Sequence record: OR352948.1
DNA length: 64,000 nt
DNA from: Escherichia phage AV118
Reading direction: 5' to 3' (one strand)
Shown piece after piece: positions 17,753 to 27,258 of this stretch. The notes under the pieces were generated by a model. The model made no database searches, had not been told where the DNA came from, and saw nothing but the letters and a program-made list of their open reading frames with translations. Positions within the stretch are counted from its first letter, which is position 1. Each line of letters opens with the position of its first letter. The position numbers were made by a program, and so were the translations under genes.

Positions 17753-19066
17753 TCAAATAAAATGGACGTCAAACCGACCACGAGTCGTGCCGACATACAA
17801 TAACTGTTTAGCTAATTCTGAATCAGCATAATGGATACACGGTGTATAAACAAAGGCCGTGTCAACAGACATACCCTGGGCCTTATGGAAGGTTGATACA
17901 GGTAGTGCCTTCACCTTAGTGAACATGCGTTTAGCATCCCAGAATTCGCTCCATGGGGCTTTACCATCTTTATTCCAAAATTTGTATGTTTCTGCGGTCT
18001 TAGCCAAAAACAAATTGAATTTATAAAGCTCTTCTTCAGAAGAAATAACCTTTATATCTTCGCGGATGTATTCTTCATCATCCCCATATGTTTCTACTGT
18101 AAGATTCCAGTATCGTATCATATATTCGCCCGAAACACCACGTGCTTTAACGAATGTAGACGTTTCTACAGCATCTCGAATACGAACGAATTGCCCATTA
18201 TTGAAAAGCATTTCGGTCATATTTTTACCATCTAGCTTATATGTCTTAGTAAATGGCTCTTGTAGAACAATGACTTCGTCTTTAATAAATGGTTTTTCTG
18301 TTTCAAGAAGTTTTCGGCGAATAATTGAATTTAACTTGTCCACCGACTTATTTGTGAATGCCATCATTCGATTTTCGAAAAGGTCTTCAGGAGTTTTAAC
18401 GACGTTAAAATAGTTCATCATATACGATTTAAGGTCTGTGTATCCATGAACACCGTGCCCATCAACTACTTTATCGTAAATCCATTTGCCATTACGAATA
18501 TCAGTCGCAACATCAATAATTGGTGCATTGCTACGTTTAACTTCTGTAAGGTTGCATTGCACGAAGTCTTTGTGAGTGAAGAAAGGACTTAGATACGCAG
18601 TTGATTCGCCTGGGTCTACCGGTCGAATCTGGCATCGGTCACCAATTCCAATTACTGTACACCATTTAGGGATACTAGCTAACATTATTTTAAACAGAGA
18701 ACGGTCGCACATTGACGCTTCATCAAATAACAGTACACGACACAAGGCTAAGTCGGGAACCTTTTTCTGTTCAAACAATACGTTTTCTTCGTATGTAGTT
18801 GGGTTGATTTTAAGAATGCTATGAATAGTCGATGCTTCTTGACCAGCAAGTTTGCTTAGAACCTTTTTAGCGGCATGTGTTGGTGCTGCTAAAATAATAC
18901 CTGATTCTCCAGAAGAAATAAGAGCTTCAACGATAAATCTAGTAAGGGTTGTTTTACCTGTACCGGCAGGCCCATTAATAGTTACGTGATGTTTCTTTTC
19001 TTTAATAGCTTTCATAACAACGTTGAAGGCGTTTTTCTGGCCTTCAGTCAAATCATCAAATGTCAT
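17753..19066 (-). CDS. dda: Dda DNA helicase (SF1, 437 aa)
   Basis: Walker A GPAGTGKTT, Walker B LLFDEASM; size as T4 Dda. Confidence 0.85.
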   Translation of the reverse strand: MTFDDLTEGQKNAFNVVMKAIKEKKHHVTINGPAGTGKTTLTRFIVEALISSGESGIILAAPTHAAKKVLSKLAGQEASTIHSILKINPTTYEENVLFEQKKVPDLALCRVLLFDEASMCDRSLFKIMLASIPKWCTVIGIGDRCQIRPVDPGESTAYLSPFFTHKDFVQCNLTEVKRSNAPIIDVATDIRNGKWIYDKVVDGHGVHGYTDLKSYMMNYFNVVKTPEDLFENRMMAFTNKSVDKLNSIIRRKLLETEKPFIKDEVIVLQEPFTKTYKLDGKNMTEMLFNNGQFVRIRDAVETSTFVKARGVSGEYMIRYWNLTVETYGDDEEYIREDIKVISSEEELYKFNLFLAKTAETYKFWNKDGKAPWSEFWDAKRMFTKVKALPVSTFHKAQGMSVDTAFVYTPCIHYADSELAKQLLYVGTTRGRFDVHFI

Positions 19067-19374
19067 CGTAAAGTCCCTGCAATTGGAATACTAACAATAC
19101 GGCCTGTGTCCAGGATTCGTTGATACAATCTTTGTGTCTCCGCATCTAGTTTAACGTGTTTCATTTCAAGCTTATTAAACCAGAACTTACGCGGAGTTTC
19201 GACCATTCTTAGAACTCCCATTTTTAAATCTGTTTTATACTGTGTTTTCAAAGTATCGAAAACTTTATCTGCAATATCCTTTCTAAAAAATACTGCAGGA
19301 CGATGCTCATCAAGTGGAACCGGGACAGTAAATCCTTCCATATCTCGATAAACTATTGCATATACATAAACCAT
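19063..19374 (-). CDS. hypothetical protein (103 aa)
   Basis: ATGA overlap with dda stop. Confidence 0.45.
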   Translation of the reverse strand: MVYVYAIVYRDMEGFTVPVPLDEHRPAVFFRKDIADKVFDTLKTQYKTDLKMGVLRMVETPRKFWFNKLEMKHVKLDAETQRLYQRILDTGRIVSIPIAGTLR

Positions 19375-19376
19375 AA

Positions 19377-20123
19377 TTAACCTTTAATCAGTTGGAATAA
19401 TGATGCGCTAAGTGGTAAGCCACGTTTCAATTTTAATTTACCAATGAAACCAATCTTTTCAAAACGTTGCAGACCTTGGATAACTTTATCATATGTATCG
19501 AAAAGCGATTCAGCGTCAGTTAATTTAGTTTTAGTTTTCCAGTCAGAGCCTTTAAGAAGAACGTTGAGTTTAGTAAGTTCATGGCCTTCTGCTTGATGTG
19601 AGCCATTAATGCGTGCTTTCAAAGCAACAATTCTAAGTTTAGACTCATTAGATAAAGGTTGATTTTTCATCATGTTCGCCATATGCTTAACACGGTTTTC
19701 ACGTTTTGCTCGGATTTTTAAAATAGTACCATAAACCTTTTTAATTTGGGCCCATTTCTTCTCGTCGAGATTAAGTTTCTCTACTTTACGAGCAGAAGGA
19801 TTAGCGATACGTCTTGCAATAGCATCACGTTTCTCAATAAGTTCTTCTAATGTTAAATCAGAACGAGCCGTGTTATATTTTTTCTTAACTGGGATAACAT
19901 TACCTTTAATGTAGCCTATATCATTATTAAAACGTTCTAAGGATAATTTCTCACCTTCAACAGAGTTATTAAAAGATTCACCTGAGTAAGCGCAGACCTT
20001 TTGATCAAGAATGTTTTTAAGGTAATTAAAGTCTAAGTTAAAATCCTTAGAGCGTCTCTTCGCAGAAGCTCTGGTGTGGTCAAGACGACGATTGATTTTG
20101 TTAATTTTATTATTTGATAACAT
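19377..20123 (-). CDS. hypothetical basic protein (248 aa); positional analogue of T4 Srd
   Basis: Size/position between dda and modA; GAGGA Shine-Dalgarno. Confidence 0.4.
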   Translation of the reverse strand: MLSNNKINKINRRLDHTRASAKRRSKDFNLDFNYLKNILDQKVCAYSGESFNNSVEGEKLSLERFNNDIGYIKGNVIPVKKKYNTARSDLTLEELIEKRDAIARRIANPSARKVEKLNLDEKKWAQIKKVYGTILKIRAKRENRVKHMANMMKNQPLSNESKLRIVALKARINGSHQAEGHELTKLNVLLKGSDWKTKTKLTDAESLFDTYDKVIQGLQRFEKIGFIGKLKLKRGLPLSASLFQLIKG

Positions 20124-20276
20124 AATATTTTCCTCTGTCTTACGGACGTTAAGGTCATTTAGCTGATAAGCTTATAATATCATGCCCTCAGGTAGTGTAC
20201 ACTCTTTTTTCGTAAAATGCTTTAATTTTTTATGTGTTATAATGGTTCTGAGTTCCATCCGGTTATTCCAATTCAG

Positions 20277-20885
20277 TCAGTAACTGACAATAGACAGATT
20301 CCAGATTGTATAACGTCCATCTTGAATAATAGAATCTACACGCAGTGTAGTCCCTATAGGGAGCATAAATTCACATTCGTCAGATATAAGTCTAGCATTA
20401 GACCGTCTTGTCGCTTCAGGGAAAGCTCCATTGAACTCACAAGATGGCGCAGCCAGAATCATGTTAAGCATATGTTCACGGAAGTTGAAAGCAAATGGTG
20501 CATCTTTGATGCAGAACATATTAAATGTTCCGTAAAAATTATACGAAGCAAAGTTACGTGCTACACCGAACACTGGACTGAAGCTCATTACTCTGTCAAA
20601 TTTAATAATACTACCAATGCCTTTATCATCAAGTGTGGCCATAGTTTTCTTAGAGATTCCACGATACATTGTCTCAGGAACAGAAGACGTCCAATTTCTA
20701 CGAACGATTGAACTTAACTCCTGTTGAATACAGTCTGGCTTGTTTTCCATACACTGCCAAAGGATGCTTTGTTCATTATCGTTGAATTGACTATCAATTT
20801 CGTACTGCAATACATCTTGATATTCGGGGTTTTGAGCACGACGAACCATTTCTTCAATTTCACACTCGTTATACGGCATAAACAT
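20277..20885 (-). CDS. modA: ADP-ribosyltransferase, ModA-like (202 aa)
   Basis: Arg (YRG) and Glu-x-Glu elements of ADP-ribosyltransferase fold; tandem with paralogue; position as T4 modA. Confidence 0.55.
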   Translation of the reverse strand: MFMPYNECEIEEMVRRAQNPEYQDVLQYEIDSQFNDNEQSILWQCMENKPDCIQQELSSIVRRNWTSSVPETMYRGISKKTMATLDDKGIGSIIKFDRVMSFSPVFGVARNFASYNFYGTFNMFCIKDAPFAFNFREHMLNMILAAPSCEFNGAFPEATRRSNARLISDECEFMLPIGTTLRVDSIIQDGRYTIWNLSIVSY

Positions 20886-20942
20886 TTAGGTTTCTCCTGT
20901 GGTTGATAAAGGTATAATATCATCATCGGAAGAGTTTGTACA

Positions 20943-21524
20943 CTAAAAATTCAACATTTTCAAATGAATGATTTTGTATAATCGAGATAAAGGGTCATAT
21001 TCTAAGTCTTCAATTTCCACAATCTCAAATCTAGAGATACCTGAGACCATGTACTCTTGTTCAGATTCAATCATATCTAGGACGTCAACACGCGTTTCTT
21101 CCATAACATGCTTAGGGTTCTTTCCGGCGAGTACAATGTTAACCATGTTTTGGTAGTAATCAAAAATGAATGGAGCATTCCTGAGACTAAGAATAGTGTA
21201 CGTCTGATACTCCCAACTCCCAGAGAATTGACGAGCTGTACTGAAATCAGTTGTGAACGATGTTACTCGTCCAGGAGACCAATGGCATCCAACAGAAAGA
21301 AGTGAAAGACGTTCTACTTCTTCTGGAGTTACACCACGGTAGAGTTCTACCGGTACTGTAGAAGTCATATGCTTACGAACAAGATGGTCTAATTCATAGT
21401 GGAAATCCGGGTCTTCCTTAGAATCAGTGCAAGCCCAGAGAATGTTTTGTTCTTGGCGGGTGAATTTGCTATCAATCAGATTTGTTAGGTATTCGCGTTC
21501 TTGAAGTTCAGATTGACATGTCAT
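20943..21524 (-). CDS. modB: ADP-ribosyltransferase, ModB-like (193 aa)
   Basis: Paralogue of adjacent ART gene; GGAGG Shine-Dalgarno. Confidence 0.55.
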   Translation of the reverse strand: MTCQSELQEREYLTNLIDSKFTRQEQNILWACTDSKEDPDFHYELDHLVRKHMTSTVPVELYRGVTPEEVERLSLLSVGCHWSPGRVTSFTTDFSTARQFSGSWEYQTYTILSLRNAPFIFDYYQNMVNIVLAGKNPKHVMEETRVDVLDMIESEQEYMVSGISRFEIVEIEDLEYDPLSRLYKIIHLKMLNF

Positions 21525-21740
21525 GATAGACCTCCGTTTAAAGATAAGCCTATCATAACACGAGAGGAGGGAATGTAAACTACTTTTTAAGCTTTCCTAC
21601 TAAAGGACCATCAGGACCAGGTTGTTCTAACATGAATAAGGATGCTTTAAAAAGCAATGTCAACCCTTTCACCATTCGATACCATGTCTCAAAGTCTTTT
21701 TCCTTGATTTCTAGTAAGAATTTCTCTTTCAATTTATCTT

Positions 21741-21920
21741 TCATTTCCAAGGACTCCATGGTGGAGGGTCGTCATAATAAGAGGCAAGGTCTTTCAGGGC
21801 TTCAACAGGTAAACTAAAGCCATGTCGTTGTATAATACTATCTAGTTCATCAACAAGTTCACTACGATGCACTTTAGGAGCCTCAACTTCAGGCTCGTCA
21901 AACATACTCATAAGGTCCAT
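21741..21920 (-). CDS. hypothetical acidic protein (59 aa from ATG at 21920)
   Basis: ATG with AGGTGA Shine-Dalgarno. Confidence 0.35.
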   Translation of the reverse strand: MDLMSMFDEPEVEAPKVHRSELVDELDSIIQRHGFSLPVEALKDLASYYDDPPPWSPWK

Positions 21921-21921
21921 A

Positions 21922-22386
21922 TTATTCACCTAAATAAAAACTAGGCTGCTCGGAGAATGTTTCTAGCGCTACACCTTTTGTCTTAAAAAATTTCCAAATA
22001 GCTCGTTGCAAATGGATTAAATCTGCTAATGATGTAATAAAGTATTTTTTGGCAAAATACTTATGGTCTCGCTTTTCAAACAAGTCTAAACGCTTTTCAG
22101 GATTCACATAAACTGCATTTTCCGTAGATTCATAACCTAAGTCCTTTATGCCTTCTTCAAGACTAAACGGAGAATTTTTAGAACGAGTAATAGCTCCAAC
22201 TCGCTCTACACGAATTTTGTAACCTTTAGGAATCTGCAATTTGCAGAATTCTTCTACGATATATTGCGGATTATTTAGACTTTTGTTAATGAGAATAGCT
22301 ATTTCTAGTGGAGTCTTATCTTCTACTGGTATATGTTTAAACGACTTGGCTTCAAGCAAATACATTTTAAATAACATAGCATCCAT
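21922..22386 (-). CDS. hypothetical protein (154 aa); positional analogue of T4 mrh
   Basis: Minus-strand ORF, TAATG overlap. Confidence 0.45.
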   Translation of the reverse strand: MDAMLFKMYLLEAKSFKHIPVEDKTPLEIAILINKSLNNPQYIVEEFCKLQIPKGYKIRVERVGAITRSKNSPFSLEEGIKDLGYESTENAVYVNPEKRLDLFEKRDHKYFAKKYFITSLADLIHLQRAIWKFFKTKGVALETFSEQPSFYLGE

Positions 22387-22565
22387 TATAATTTCCTCGG
22401 TGGTTCACCCATATAAAGTTTTACGATACGTTCGCCTTCATCTTCGACGAGCTTCTCTTCGTGTTTCTGGAATTCTTTAGCCATATTCTCTTCAAGAACA
22501 TCCAGCCAATCTTCCGGACCGACACCATCGTCCCAGCTTTTAAACCATCTTACCACTCTGTTCAT
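22386..22565 (-). CDS. hypothetical protein (59 aa from ATG at 22565)
   Basis: ATGA overlap with upstream gene. Confidence 0.35.
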   Translation of the reverse strand: MNRVVRWFKSWDDGVGPEDWLDVLEENMAKEFQKHEEKLVEDEGERIVKLYMGEPPRKL

Positions 22566-22810
22566 TCGCAGCTCCCTGAGCTTGAACCACAATCAGAATA
22601 ACTTGACCCAGAATCACCAGACCAAGACGGTACGTATGAATGATTATAACTTGAAGAGCTTGAAGCATTAACCTGTTTTGTTTTTGGACGAACAACTTCT
22701 TCCATCATCCCGTCACAGATATATTCCCAACTTTTTTCGTGTGTATCAGGAATAGGCATCATACCTTCGCCTGGTTTAACAGCAAATAACTTCTTCAGCG
22801 TCGTAAGCAT
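22562..22810 (-). CDS. hypothetical protein with Ser/Gly/Cys-rich C-terminal tail (82 aa from ATG at 22810)
   Basis: ATG at 22810 with GAGGA Shine-Dalgarno; overlaps 3' end of upstream gene out of frame. Confidence 0.35.
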   Translation of the reverse strand: MLTTLKKLFAVKPGEGMMPIPDTHEKSWEYICDGMMEEVVRPKTKQVNASSSSSYNHSYVPSWSGDSGSSYSDCGSSSGSCE

Positions 22811-23003
22811 TAATTGTTCCTCGAACAAAACGAACACCACCATCGCCCAAACGGATTTCGGCATTAAATTTGACGTCTTCACCATCCATCATGAATGAGT
22901 GTACGACTACATCATCGTAATATCCAAGACCGTATTTCAACGAAACTTCTTGAGCAATCAAAGCACCTAATGTGTTATTAGGTTTAATCCAACGATTTAA
23001 CAT
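22776..23003 (-). CDS. hypothetical protein (75 aa from ATG at 23003)
   Basis: ATG at 23003 with AAGAGGAG Shine-Dalgarno, downstream of promoter 23032-23061. Confidence 0.4.
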   Translation of the reverse strand: MLNRWIKPNNTLGALIAQEVSLKYGLGYYDDVVVHSFMMDGEDVKFNAEIRLGDGGVRFVRGTINAYDAEEVICC

Positions 23004-23031
23004 ATTGTTCTCCTCTTGAGTAAGTAAGAAT

Positions 23032-23061
23032 ATCTTAACACAGTTTTTAGTGGTTGTAAAC
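23032..23061 (-). promoter_or_regulatory. T4-early-type promoter (GTTTAC-N18-TAAGAT)
   Basis: Read on minus strand. Confidence 0.45.
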
Positions 23062-23069
23062 TGTAGAAA

Positions 23070-23098
23070 CAAAAAAAGGAATCCCGAAGGATTCCTTA
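23070..23098 (-). terminator. Strong intrinsic terminator after soc: 8-bp stem, UUCG loop, U7
   Basis: Plus aaaaaaa-aggaatcc-cgaa-ggattcct. Confidence 0.7.
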
Positions 23099-23104
23099 AA
23101 TTAT

Positions 23105-23341
23105 TTAACCACTTACTGATGTAGGGGTAAACATTGCAGCGTTCTTAGTTTTCCAAGTTGCTGCATCAGAAACGACATCAGAATAAGCTGCCTTTTCTGA
23201 CGGAAAGATTTGGTAATGAGAATCTGCAATCCGATGTTCGTTTGAATAAATCTCAAACGGTACAGAAACTTCCATACCTTTGACTTCTTTGCCTTCACCA
23301 GCCGGACGTGTAAAGGTTTTGATATTAACGTAACCACCCAT
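23105..23341 (-). CDS. soc: Small outer capsid protein Soc (78 aa)
   Basis: GYVNIKTF...HYQIFPSEKAAYS matches T4 Soc pattern; AAAGGAG Shine-Dalgarno; late promoter upstream. Confidence 0.85.
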   Translation of the reverse strand: MGGYVNIKTFTRPAGEGKEVKGMEVSVPFEIYSNEHRIADSHYQIFPSEKAAYSDVVSDAATWKTKNAAMFTPTSVSG

Positions 23342-23372
23342 AATTAACTCCTTTGTTGTTTAATTACAGGTG

Positions 23373-23380
23373 TATTTATA
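23373..23380 (-). promoter_or_regulatory. T4 late promoter TATAAATA upstream of soc
   Basis: Exact TATAAATA on minus strand about 30 nt upstream of soc ATG. Confidence 0.5.
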
Positions 23381-23386
23381 ACTTAA

Positions 23387-23908
23387 TCAGTAACCATTAT
23401 CCTGACGTTCAAAGTTGTGTTGGTTTTTCAAGTAGTAAAGTTTAAAGATTTCTTCAGCGGAAAGACCCAAACCTTGGAACATATTCAGAACAAAGTGGAG
23501 AATATCAATCATCTCGAATTTAATTTCAAGCTGGTCTTCAGGAGACAGTTCATCGATACGACGATTACGATATTCAGCATGTTGTGCTTTCCATGGCTTC
23601 CACACAGAGCTGGCAGCTTTTTCACCGTTGGACATACCACCGAGTGAAGTCAGCAGTTCACGGAATTCATCATCAATATAATCTTTCTGATTACGCAGCC
23701 AATCAACAACATCACCGGCAGTAGCCAATTCATCAGGATGTTTGTTATGTTCAGGCTTGTCATTTGCCAGACGAACCTGTAAAGATTTCTGCATATCAAG
23801 CATTACCTGCAGTGGGTCTTTATCTTCGTGAATCAGAGCATTAAAATAAGCTTCTTCTGCTTTATCAACACCAGAAATAAGTTGTGAACATTCGTTAAAG
23901 TGTGCCAT
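23387..23908 (-). CDS. 56: dCTP pyrophosphatase gp56 (MazG-like dCTPase/dUTPase, 173 aa from ATG at 23908)
   Basis: MAHFNEC N-terminus and overall pattern of T4 gp56; position between soc and 61. Confidence 0.7.
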   Translation of the reverse strand: MAHFNECSQLISGVDKAEEAYFNALIHEDKDPLQVMLDMQKSLQVRLANDKPEHNKHPDELATAGDVVDWLRNQKDYIDDEFRELLTSLGGMSNGEKAASSVWKPWKAQHAEYRNRRIDELSPEDQLEIKFEMIDILHFVLNMFQGLGLSAEEIFKLYYLKNQHNFERQDNGY

Positions 23909-23997
23909 TATTTTTCCTTTCAATTCAGTATAAGAGAGTTAATTCTAACATTAATTTTATAAAGCGTAATAAATAATAAGGTAACTAAGGAGATATT

Positions 23998-24195
23998 ATG
24001 TTTAAACTTCCATCGTTAATCAACGCTATTAAAGGCAATAAAAAGAAAACTGCTATCGCTGCAATAGTTGTAGGTGGCATTATTTCATGGAACTTCGGGA
24101 TTGCACCATTGTTAGTTGCCAATGGTATTATAGTTCCTTCTGTTCCATTGGATACTGTAGTTGATTTGGCCTTTGCTATTATAGGGCTTGTTTAA
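23998..24195 (+). CDS. Small membrane protein (65 aa); only convincing plus-strand gene in window
   Basis: Strong Shine-Dalgarno TAAGGAG 7 nt upstream of ATG; fills the 268-bp gap between genes 56 and 61; hydrophobic; AATAAATA late-promoter-like motif upstream. Confidence 0.5.
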   Translation: MFKLPSLINAIKGNKKKTAIAAIVVGGIISWNFGIAPLLVANGIIVPSVPLDTVVDLAFAIIGLV

Positions 24196-25214
24196 ATCTT
24201 CGAATAACGAGATAATCTCATTTTAGCATGCAACCCACTTGAAATATTCTGTTTCATATATTCTAAAATTTCTTGTGGTGTTGCATTTTCTTTCATTACC
24301 ATATCATTCACATCCTTTGATCTCCATGGAGCTCGGTCCCAGAACATGACACGTTCGCCTGCATCAACTAATCGCTTCATGCGAGCTATAGTATCCGGAT
24401 GCCTAGGTTCATTATCCATTACCCATACCCGACGTTCTTTAAATGGTACCACATCTAAATCTATCGAGCCGCCTGTAATAGCGATTGCATTGGGTATGAA
24501 TAAACTATCAATAGGGCCTTCCATTACCCAGACGTCCCCTTCCTTAACACGTTCAACACCATAAATTTTTGTTGCAGACTCAAACGCTTTAATAGTGATA
24601 TATTTCTGAGGAGCATCTTTACGAAGTGCACGTCCTTGGAATGACTCGGCCTTCCCATCTTTATTAAAAATAGGAATAACTAAACGTGGTTCGGGAATCT
24701 CTTTCTTATACGTACCAGGTTGAATCTTGTTGACCAATTTGGGCCATTCTAATGTGAACCATAATCTGTTCCATGATTCTTTAGGAATACACCGAGACTT
24801 AACATATTTCACAATAGGATGCTCTTCAGGCAACTTGTCTAGACGAGAACAAGACGGCAAAGAATTTATAGTCTTTTTCTCCGGTTCTGGTTTATGTTCA
24901 GGAACCTTTTCAATCTTTGGTTCCATTCTAGCTTTTTCTTTACGAACTTCCATTAGATATTCGCGATAAAGCTCTTCATCATACTCTTTTAAGTATCCGG
25001 AAATTGTATTGTGGTATTGACAGTTATAGCAATGTACATTACCAGGAGTACCGCCATAATACCAACCGCGAGCTTTCATTGCATCTGTCTGAGAGTCGCC
25101 ACAAACTGGACATCGAAATGTTAATTTAAATGTGCTTGAATTATTGATTTGTCTAAAACGAGGTAGGTGAGAAAACGCACGATAAGCAAATTCATTATCT
25201 ATCCATTCAGCCAT
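24192..25214 (-). CDS. 61: DNA primase gp61 (340 aa)
   Basis: N-terminal zinc-binding CPVCGDS...CYNC, TOPRIM core; size as T4 gp61. Confidence 0.85.
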   Translation of the reverse strand: MAEWIDNEFAYRAFSHLPRFRQINNSSTFKLTFRCPVCGDSQTDAMKARGWYYGGTPGNVHCYNCQYHNTISGYLKEYDEELYREYLMEVRKEKARMEPKIEKVPEHKPEPEKKTINSLPSCSRLDKLPEEHPIVKYVKSRCIPKESWNRLWFTLEWPKLVNKIQPGTYKKEIPEPRLVIPIFNKDGKAESFQGRALRKDAPQKYITIKAFESATKIYGVERVKEGDVWVMEGPIDSLFIPNAIAITGGSIDLDVVPFKERRVWVMDNEPRHPDTIARMKRLVDAGERVMFWDRAPWRSKDVNDMVMKENATPQEILEYMKQNISSGLHAKMRLSRYSKI

Positions 25215-25253
25215 AGTATTCTCCAGAGGCCTTAAATTAATAAGGCCATCTTA

Positions 25254-25721
25254 TCACAACTTATTAATATTTACTTTAATTCGCTTTCTTTTCTTGGAAG
25301 GAATTTGTTCGGGACCTTTATTTACGACTGCACCTGTAGTTGTTCCTGATGCAATAGCTTGAGGGCTGCCACCTGAATAACCAGCAACCATATCCTCAAA
25401 TAAAGGGAGTTCTTTAAATATTTCTTTCTGTTGTTCTTCAGTAATGTTATAGCGTGAAGCTACAGCACTCCAAGCAGACATCATTGAGGCCATTCCATTA
25501 AGACCCGGAACAGTGCTCATCATTCGCTTCATTGAACGAACTGAAGCATGAAAAGGTGTATAAGCCGCTTTCTCTTCAGGAGTAGAAGGACGTTTAAGAA
25601 CACTTCCACGTTCATCGATGATTTTGGCTTCGTATGCTTTCCATTCGGTAAAAGGTTTTTGCATTAGTCGAATAAACTTATATGCATAAACAGAATCTAT
25701 TGCAGTGTTAATAATACCCAT
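25254..25721 (-). CDS. hypothetical protein (155 aa from ATG at 25721)
   Basis: ATG at 25721 with CAGGAGG Shine-Dalgarno. Confidence 0.45.
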   Translation of the reverse strand: MGIINTAIDSVYAYKFIRLMQKPFTEWKAYEAKIIDERGSVLKRPSTPEEKAAYTPFHASVRSMKRMMSTVPGLNGMASMMSAWSAVASRYNITEEQQKEIFKELPLFEDMVAGYSGGSPQAIASGTTTGAVVNKGPEQIPSKKRKRIKVNINKL

Positions 25722-25740
25722 AGGTACCTCCTGAGTATAT

Positions 25741-25938
25741 TTAATCAATTACAAAGATTGCTTTGTCACCATTTATATCTGTGACTTCATATGTAGTGCC
25801 TTCATACTGTGGAATATTCCAAATTACACCGTCATTAGCTTTTACGCTAATATGGCATTGGTGTTTTGAAACAACTTCATAATCTTCAAAACTTGTAAAA
25901 ACACTAATTTTAGAACCAGTGCAAATTGCAGTAGTCAT
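25741..25938 (-). CDS. hypothetical protein (65 aa)
   Basis: GAGG Shine-Dalgarno. Confidence 0.4.
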   Translation of the reverse strand: MTTAICTGSKISVFTSFEDYEVVSKHQCHISVKANDGVIWNIPQYEGTTYEVTDINGDKAIFVID

Positions 25939-25939
25939 T

Positions 25940-26599
25940 TTAACCTCGATTCATAAATGCATTAAATATTTGGTCATCAACAGAAATTTCTAATTCGACT
26001 TCAATTGCTTCAGCCTTTTCTTCAGGTGGTAATTCGTATCCACACACTACAATTTTTTCATCGATATCAAAATATACAGAAGCAATACGATTAATGTTAT
26101 TTTCAGTTAAGTCTAAATCAACATCAACATCTTTTTGATCTACACTTAAAGGATAACTAATACGGGTTATTTTATTATCTTTAACAAAGAGTCCACCAAC
26201 ATACTCTGTACTACGTTTGAAGTTTACACGTTTCCGAATTGAAAGATATGATACATCTTTACCGTGAGCTCGGCTCATAGGACATAATGAATAGCTAGAA
26301 TAAGAGATGTCAAATCCTACACCTTCAATATGAGCCAACGTGTCATGATTAAACCAATTATAATCATATGCCAAATCCATTATATTGTAATATGTGAAAG
26401 GCACTGGATTAACATCATATGTTGTACCTTTAAAATCTGCCCAGGCAACGATTTCGTTATCTTTAACAATTACAAAAATTACACCAATATGGTATCCGTT
26501 ATTATTTTCATTCGGCGTTATATTATAACATTGTGCATTAGGAAATTTACCATATTTAAATGGCGCATTTTTGTGCATATAATAAATCATATTATTCAC
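25940..26599 (-). CDS. hypothetical protein (219 aa)
   Basis: Minus-strand ORF. Confidence 0.45.
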   Translation of the reverse strand: MNNMIYYMHKNAPFKYGKFPNAQCYNITPNENNNGYHIGVIFVIVKDNEIVAWADFKGTTYDVNPVPFTYYNIMDLAYDYNWFNHDTLAHIEGVGFDISYSSYSLCPMSRAHGKDVSYLSIRKRVNFKRSTEYVGGLFVKDNKITRISYPLSVDQKDVDVDLDLTENNINRIASVYFDIDEKIVVCGYELPPEEKAEAIEVELEISVDDQIFNAFMNRG

Positions 26600-26885
26600 C
26601 TGTGATTTCGGTTACGATATCTTTGTTATCGAAATTAGGGTCACAATACAAAACATAGTTGTACTGCATGATACCGCCAGACTTAAGTTGTTCAACAACT
26701 TTATTAACCATATTAGGACGGTCTCGTTTAGTGATGTTCATGATATCAGAGAAGATTTGTTGTTCAACATCTTCTTGATTTGCAGTCATTGACCACTCAC
26801 AGAGGTCTTTATCATAACCTGCCGTAACTGGAGCCGGTGCACATGATACTGCAAGTAAGATTGCTGCCAATGATAACTTTTTCAT
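26592..26885 (-). CDS. Secreted/lipoprotein-like periplasmic protein (97 aa), Sp (spackle)-like by size and position
   Basis: N-terminal signal peptide MKKLSLAAILLAVSC; T4 Sp is a 97-aa periplasmic protein in this neighbourhood. Confidence 0.45.
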   Translation of the reverse strand: MKKLSLAAILLAVSCAPAPVTAGYDKDLCEWSMTANQEDVEQQIFSDIMNITKRDRPNMVNKVVEQLKSGGIMQYNYVLYCDPNFDNKDIVTEITGE

Positions 26886-26948
26886 TTTAACTCCTTAGTT
26901 GATTTGATAGGACTACTATACTATAGTCCATCTATAATGTAAACAAGT

Positions 26949-27197
26949 TTATTCTTTTTCGCGAATAATAATTACTTGTTGAGGCTGCTGAGCAGATTTC
27001 TTTTCGGCAACGATAGACCAAATTAAAGTTCCAATCCAACCAATCATCGTCCAGTTAAAGAGTAAAGATACAAAGAAGATTGCTGTTGTGCTTTTTGTGC
27101 CACGAATAAGTGCGATTACCCAAGGCAACATGTAAATGATGATTGAACCAATACCTGCGATTAAAACTGCTACTGAACTAGCTACGAATAATTCCAT
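26949..27197 (-). CDS. Small inner-membrane protein with two predicted TM helices (82 aa)
   Basis: Hydrophobic segments; size similar to T4 Imm (83 aa), which is missing from its usual 42-43 slot. Confidence 0.45.
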   Translation of the reverse strand: MELFVASSVAVLIAGIGSIIIYMLPWVIALIRGTKSTTAIFFVSLLFNWTMIGWIGTLIWSIVAEKKSAQQPQQVIIIREKE

Positions 27198-27258
27198 GTT
27201 AATTTCCTCTTGATTTGTTATGTTTATAGTATCTTATTTTAACTTTGGCGTAAACCAA

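Noticed and set aside
23113-23337. Alternative-frame 74-aa ORF coincident with soc
   Set aside because: Same strand, different frame from the Soc reading frame, which has the recognisable Soc sequence and a strong Shine-Dalgarno.
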